DNA of 64,000 nucleotides from the IMG/VR virus record IMGVR_UViG_3300033073_000554, positions 1 to 64,000 of that record; one strand, 5' to 3'. This DNA comes from a virus. Its lineage: Duplodnaviria > Heunggongvirae > Uroviricota > Caudoviricetes. This document shows positions 60,472 to 64,000 of this stretch, piece after piece (within the stretch, counting starts at the first letter, position 1; each line of letters opens with the position of its first letter). A program made the position numbers and the translations under genes. The notes under the pieces were generated by a model that ran no database searches, was not told where the DNA came from, and saw only the letters and a list, made by a program, of their open reading frames with translations.

Positions 60472-62112
60472 CTATAAAGTATTTAATCCATGGATGTATA
60501 ACTTACCATAAAATTCCGGCCGGGTTACTTTCTTAGAATAACGTGTGAGCGCACCTTTTCGTGGCTCGAAAGTATCTGGGTCGGGTATAGTCTGAGTCAT
60601 TATCAGCGGAATATATGGTGCATATACTGCTCCAGTTTCCAAGTAATTACTTCCTCTAAAGCCCATCAATATTACATTCTCGGTCATATAAGGATTCTTA
60701 TATACTTGGAATCTTGAATTGATTGCTCCTACTTTTTGTACACCAAATGCAAATTTGAATTTATCACCATCTGTGTCTGCTGCGTATCCCGGGATACTCT
60801 CTAATATGGTTGCCACTGTAGGAGAACATACTAAGAAGTTTGCTCCACCACGCATCGTTGCAGCGTGAATTCTATTACTCAATTTTTGAATCTTAGTACC
60901 CAATGTTTGGAACCATGATCCTTGAGTATATGCAGCGTAGTTATTAGCCACTTGCGCAAACGCACTTGAACCGTTGTACTCATAACCCATTCTTGCAGAC
61001 CAGTATTCAGTCATTGGAGCCGCAGTCATCAACATGTCTAGAATTTCCCAATCAATTTCTTGAGAGATATATTCACCCATGATAGATGTGATTTCAGCTT
61101 CAGCATCAATGTTTTGGTATGCGTCAATGTCTTGCGCAAATTCTGGAGTCCATCTTGCCTTGATCTTACGAGTCTTAGCAGTAATCGCTTCAGATCTGAA
61201 TTCCATGTTCAATTCAGGAATATCTAAGCTTGCACCTTCTTGAGTCTTACCAACCTCGAAGTCACCACGAGTGGTTGCAGTCGGTTGTTTGTGGTAGTTA
61301 ATCTTCAAGTCATTAGTTAAACCAGAACCTGATATGATGAACTCTATCTTACCACTTGCCTCAGTGTATTTAGTAAATTCTCTAAACACTTCATTTACAC
61401 CTGTACCAGTGATTGTGAACGCTCTAACGCCAGTTCCATCATAGTTGGACATAGAAGCTGTAGAAACTGTAACTTTCAATAAAGAAGATCCACCAACCAC
61501 TAATGATTGAGAGAATGCTGAATTGAAGTTATAATTTATCTCACTTACAGATCCAGTTACATATTGTGTAGCGTTGTAAGTTGTAGCGTGAGGGGTCAAT
61601 GCAGAAGATGAGTAGTCATTTATGGTGTAACCAAATCTTCCCGGTCCGTAAAGACCTTCACTTGGAGTTTGATCACCGTATAATGCATAATCTGTTCCTC
61701 TGTTTGGATCAGTGATACCATACAATGAGTCGTTTTGCGAATTCTTTCCAGCTCCTGTATTAAATCCACTTTGTCCAGTTCCATATTTGAAATCTAACCA
61801 GAATACTAAACCAGAAGGTAAGTTCATTGGTTGTACAGATACGAATTCTTTAGCAGCGATTTCGTGGAATACTCTACGAATCAACGGTAATGCTATACCA
61901 GCCCACTCTTCAGAAGAAGCAGATGTTCCAGTACTGTTTGCTTCAGATATTAACTGTCTAGCTTGGTTTTCAAGTAACTGAGCCATGTTTCCACGTTCGT
62001 ATCCATCCAATCCTTCTAGTAATCCAGTTTTCTCCCATTTTGTCGACAGTGCAAGTGCTCTCTGCCGTTGTGCCTTGTTATAATCATCGGGCATAAACGA
62101 TTTTAAATCCAT
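60472..62112 (-). CDS. major capsid protein, T4 gp23-like
   Basis: RRVFHEIAAKEFVSVQPMNLPSGLVFWL aligns with T4 gp23 RRAIPNLIAFDICGVQPMNSPTGQVFAL; the C-terminus GALTRYSKK...YGKLYIHG aligns with FKTRYG...YFRRVYVKG; strong RBS AAGGAAAG. Confidence 0.9.
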   Translation of the reverse strand: MDLKSFMPDDYNKAQRQRALALSTKWEKTGLLEGLDGYERGNMAQLLENQARQLISEANSTGTSASSEEWAGIALPLIRRVFHEIAAKEFVSVQPMNLPSGLVFWLDFKYGTGQSGFNTGAGKNSQNDSLYGITDPNRGTDYALYGDQTPSEGLYGPGRFGYTINDYSSSALTPHATTYNATQYVTGSVSEINYNFNSAFSQSLVVGGSSLLKVTVSTASMSNYDGTGVRAFTITGTGVNEVFREFTKYTEASGKIEFIISGSGLTNDLKINYHKQPTATTRGDFEVGKTQEGASLDIPELNMEFRSEAITAKTRKIKARWTPEFAQDIDAYQNIDAEAEITSIMGEYISQEIDWEILDMLMTAAPMTEYWSARMGYEYNGSSAFAQVANNYAAYTQGSWFQTLGTKIQKLSNRIHAATMRGGANFLVCSPTVATILESIPGYAADTDGDKFKFAFGVQKVGAINSRFQVYKNPYMTENVILMGFRGSNYLETGAVYAPYIPLIMTQTIPDPDTFEPRKGALTRYSKKVTRPEFYGKLYIHGLNTL

Positions 62113-62135
62113 TTTCTTTCCTTGTTGTTGTTTTT

Positions 62136-63095
62136 TTAATGTTGAATCTTCTTAATATTTGCTAGTTCTTTCCATCTATTAGCGAATGGTAATTCACCTT
62201 TATCTGGGTTTTGTCTAGCTACTGTGTTTACAGTTCGTGATGCCGATGCTGGAATCAATGATTCAGTCAACTTCGTATTATTTTTCGACCTCACTTTCTC
62301 TTTAACTTGGTATGACTCAACTAATGCTGAATATACCAATTTAACTTCTCTGATTGTTTTCGCTGAATCGAAGGTTTTTAACAATTTAACTTGCTGATTT
62401 TCAGATAACTCAAAATTGTGCGCAGCTTTAGATGCATACATCAATTTAGCATTCAATAAATTCACTTCATTCATAGCTGTCTTCAAAATGACGTTCGCAC
62501 GTCTTGTATCAGATAGCTCTTTCTTAAGTCTAGTATTTTCCATTTGTAAATTTGTTGGATTTGGTGCCGAAATAGATAGATTCGGATCCGCATCATTTTC
62601 AAATTCATCAATTTCCAATACTACATTGTCATCTAAAATACCTTCAAATTGTAATTCGTCTTCTCCTTGCGCTGGATCTGTCATTTCATCATCCATGCTC
62701 AATTCGGCTACTAAATTTCTAAATTCTTCAGACATTTCATCTTCTTCATCTTCCGCTGGAGCGGCCATTGCCGGGTCAGTTACTGGTGCTACTGGTGCAG
62801 CCATTGCTGGATCAGCCATTGCTGGATCAGCTGCTGGTGCTGTAGGTACTGGTGCTACTGGGGCAACCATTGCTGGATCAGCTGCTGGTGCTACTGGAGC
62901 AGCCATTGCTGGATCGGTCATTTCCGGGTTCTCATCCGCAAATTCATCTTCACCATCGCCTTCTTCAGCAAGTTTGCTTGTAATCATCCTTTGGATTCGT
63001 GGTTGAAATGTTTCCTTGATAGCCTGATGCGCATTCGCATATGCTATGTCTCGTACTTGATTAGCTTCAAGAATCGCTTCTTCTAAAATGTTCAT
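62136..63095 (-). CDS. prohead scaffold/core protein candidate (gp22-position)
   Basis: directly upstream of the MCP gene as in T4; acidic low-complexity protein with tandem DPAMAAPVAPV repeats and a coiled-coil C-terminus; RBS TAAGGAGT. Confidence 0.55.
   Translation of the reverse strand: MNILEEAILEANQVRDIAYANAHQAIKETFQPRIQRMITSKLAEEGDGEDEFADENPEMTDPAMAAPVAPAADPAMVAPVAPVPTAPAADPAMADPAMAAPVAPVTDPAMAAPAEDEEDEMSEEFRNLVAELSMDDEMTDPAQGEDELQFEGILDDNVVLEIDEFENDADPNLSISAPNPTNLQMENTRLKKELSDTRRANVILKTAMNEVNLLNAKLMYASKAAHNFELSENQQVKLLKTFDSAKTIREVKLVYSALVESYQVKEKVRSKNNTKLTESLIPASASRTVNTVARQNPDKGELPFANRWKELANIKKIQH
62760..62935. repeat. in-frame tandem DNA repeats inside the scaffold gene
   Basis: reiterated ccattgctggatcagc / tgctggtgctactgg units encoding (D)PAMAAPVAPV about 5-6 times. 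Confidence 0.6.
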
Positions 63096-63271
63096 TATAC
63101 AAATACTCCTTAATTTGTAATCTGTGTTGTTTAATAAATTGTAAGATTATTAGTGAATCTTAATAGGTGGGTGTTATATCAAATGACTGTATATTAGAGA
63201 TACAGTATCGATTATATATATGTAAAATTTTTTGAAAACAATTTTTGATGTATTATTTTCCGATCGCACAT

Positions 63272-63928
63272 CTAAAAATTGTATCCCCATTCAAATATGG
63301 ATTCGCCGTCGGTATATAATTGTGACGCTTTTACGGTTTTAGTAACTATTTTATAATTATTATTCAAATTACTTTCACCATGCTGCTTTGCATATAATCT
63401 CGATGTTGTCACCCAGTCGCCATTATTAATTTTAAATTTAGAGACTCGCTGTGTACTCAAATCGTTTATCAACCCATAAATTTCGTCAACTACTTTAGTT
63501 TGCATCTCATCATATGATAGCGACGGTTCCTTTTCCCAAATATCTTTTTCCAACTTTTGAACTATTTGATTTTTCATTGGAAAAAACTTAAATTTAATTC
63601 TATATTTTAGAATATAATTCAAATCTTCTATCTGTTTATCAACATCACTGTTCGGATTTGGTACAGCTCGATAAATTTTAACTAATTTATTTGGTTTATT
63701 ATGTACACTTTGGATTTGATTTATAACTGAACTATCGTCTAAACCATATATACCGTAATATTTGAGAGCATTTCCAGTATACATATCTGGGAACATATCA
63801 CCAACATCATACATCGGCGCATCGTCAGATTTAGTGGGTGCAGTGTGCGGTCGAGTATAATCTGATGGAATATCGGATTCGGACAAATGTTCACTGATTA
63901 TATTTGATATGAATTGTCGCAATTTCAT
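63272..63928 (-). CDS. hypothetical head-module protein (218 aa)
   Basis: occupies the position of T4 gene 21 but shows no recognisable prohead-protease motifs. Confidence 0.4.
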   Translation of the reverse strand: MKLRQFISNIISEHLSESDIPSDYTRPHTAPTKSDDAPMYDVGDMFPDMYTGNALKYYGIYGLDDSSVINQIQSVHNKPNKLVKIYRAVPNPNSDVDKQIEDLNYILKYRIKFKFFPMKNQIVQKLEKDIWEKEPSLSYDEMQTKVVDEIYGLINDLSTQRVSKFKINNGDWVTTSRLYAKQHGESNLNNNYKIVTKTVKASQLYTDGESIFEWGYNF

Positions 63929-64000
63929 ATTTTATTTACTATTAGCCTTCTTCCAAATATCACTCAATTTAGTATATCTCGATATGTCATTAACCACGAA

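Noticed and set aside
63185-63206. Inverted repeat ACTGTAT-N7-ATACAGT upstream of the scaffold gene
   Set aside because: Short, with no U-tract or clear operator context. Insufficient evidence for a function.
63272-63928. Calling this ORF the prohead protease gp21 on synteny
   Set aside because: No recognisable prohead-protease (His/Ser) signature in the sequence. Left as hypothetical.

Overview
This 64 kb window is an AT-rich, gene-dense stretch of a contractile-tailed dsDNA phage genome with a T4-like core. Every convincing gene but one is on the minus strand. Reading the minus strand from high to low coordinates, the window contains the following.

(1) Head module, ~64.0-60.4 kb. A hypothetical gene, a low-complexity acidic scaffold-like protein with tandem P/A-rich repeats, and an unmistakable T4 gp23-like major capsid protein, followed by a strong rho-independent terminator.

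(2) An inserted cassette. It holds a modular endonuclease (three C2H2-like zinc fingers plus a Vsr/DUF559-like PD-(D/E)XK domain) and the only plus-strand gene.

(3) PhoH, then a family of repeat-rich fibre proteins. They share an N-terminal GSFxGSFxG[DN]GSGLTGI motif and many short internal repeats. This block is interrupted by a solo IS200/IS605-family TnpB (RuvC plus zinc finger, RNA-guided nuclease family).

(4) A contractile tail module. It comprises gp15-like and neck-like proteins, the sheath, three tandem tail-tube paralogues with an embedded small 2-TM gene, and a tail-chaperone pair overlapping at an A7/T7 slippery tract. These are followed by a 1382-aa tape measure protein, a LysM-like protein, and hub/baseplate candidates.

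(5) A T4-like replication/recombination module. It contains a gp32-like SSB, a UvsX/RecA recombinase, an RNase H/FEN 5'-3' exonuclease and a gp41/DnaB-like helicase. Its polymerase, however, is a minimal family-A catalytic domain.

(6) An accessory region, 22.6-10.3 kb. It holds a metallophosphoesterase, a DUF2493/SLOG protein and a sugar-modification cluster (WbqC-like, PIG-L/LmbE deacetylase, two GT-B-like glycosyltransferases). It also holds a Cas4/RecB-like nuclease and an SNF2 helicase.

(7) A putative early region, 10.2-0 kb. Genes here are small and include secreted or lipoprotein products and a flotillin/SPFH membrane protein.

Five transcription units carry the same ~50-nt promoter/leader element, GGAACTAAT ... 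CAGTTATAY ... TATAAAA ... ATG. I found no rRNA or tRNA genes and no CRISPR array.
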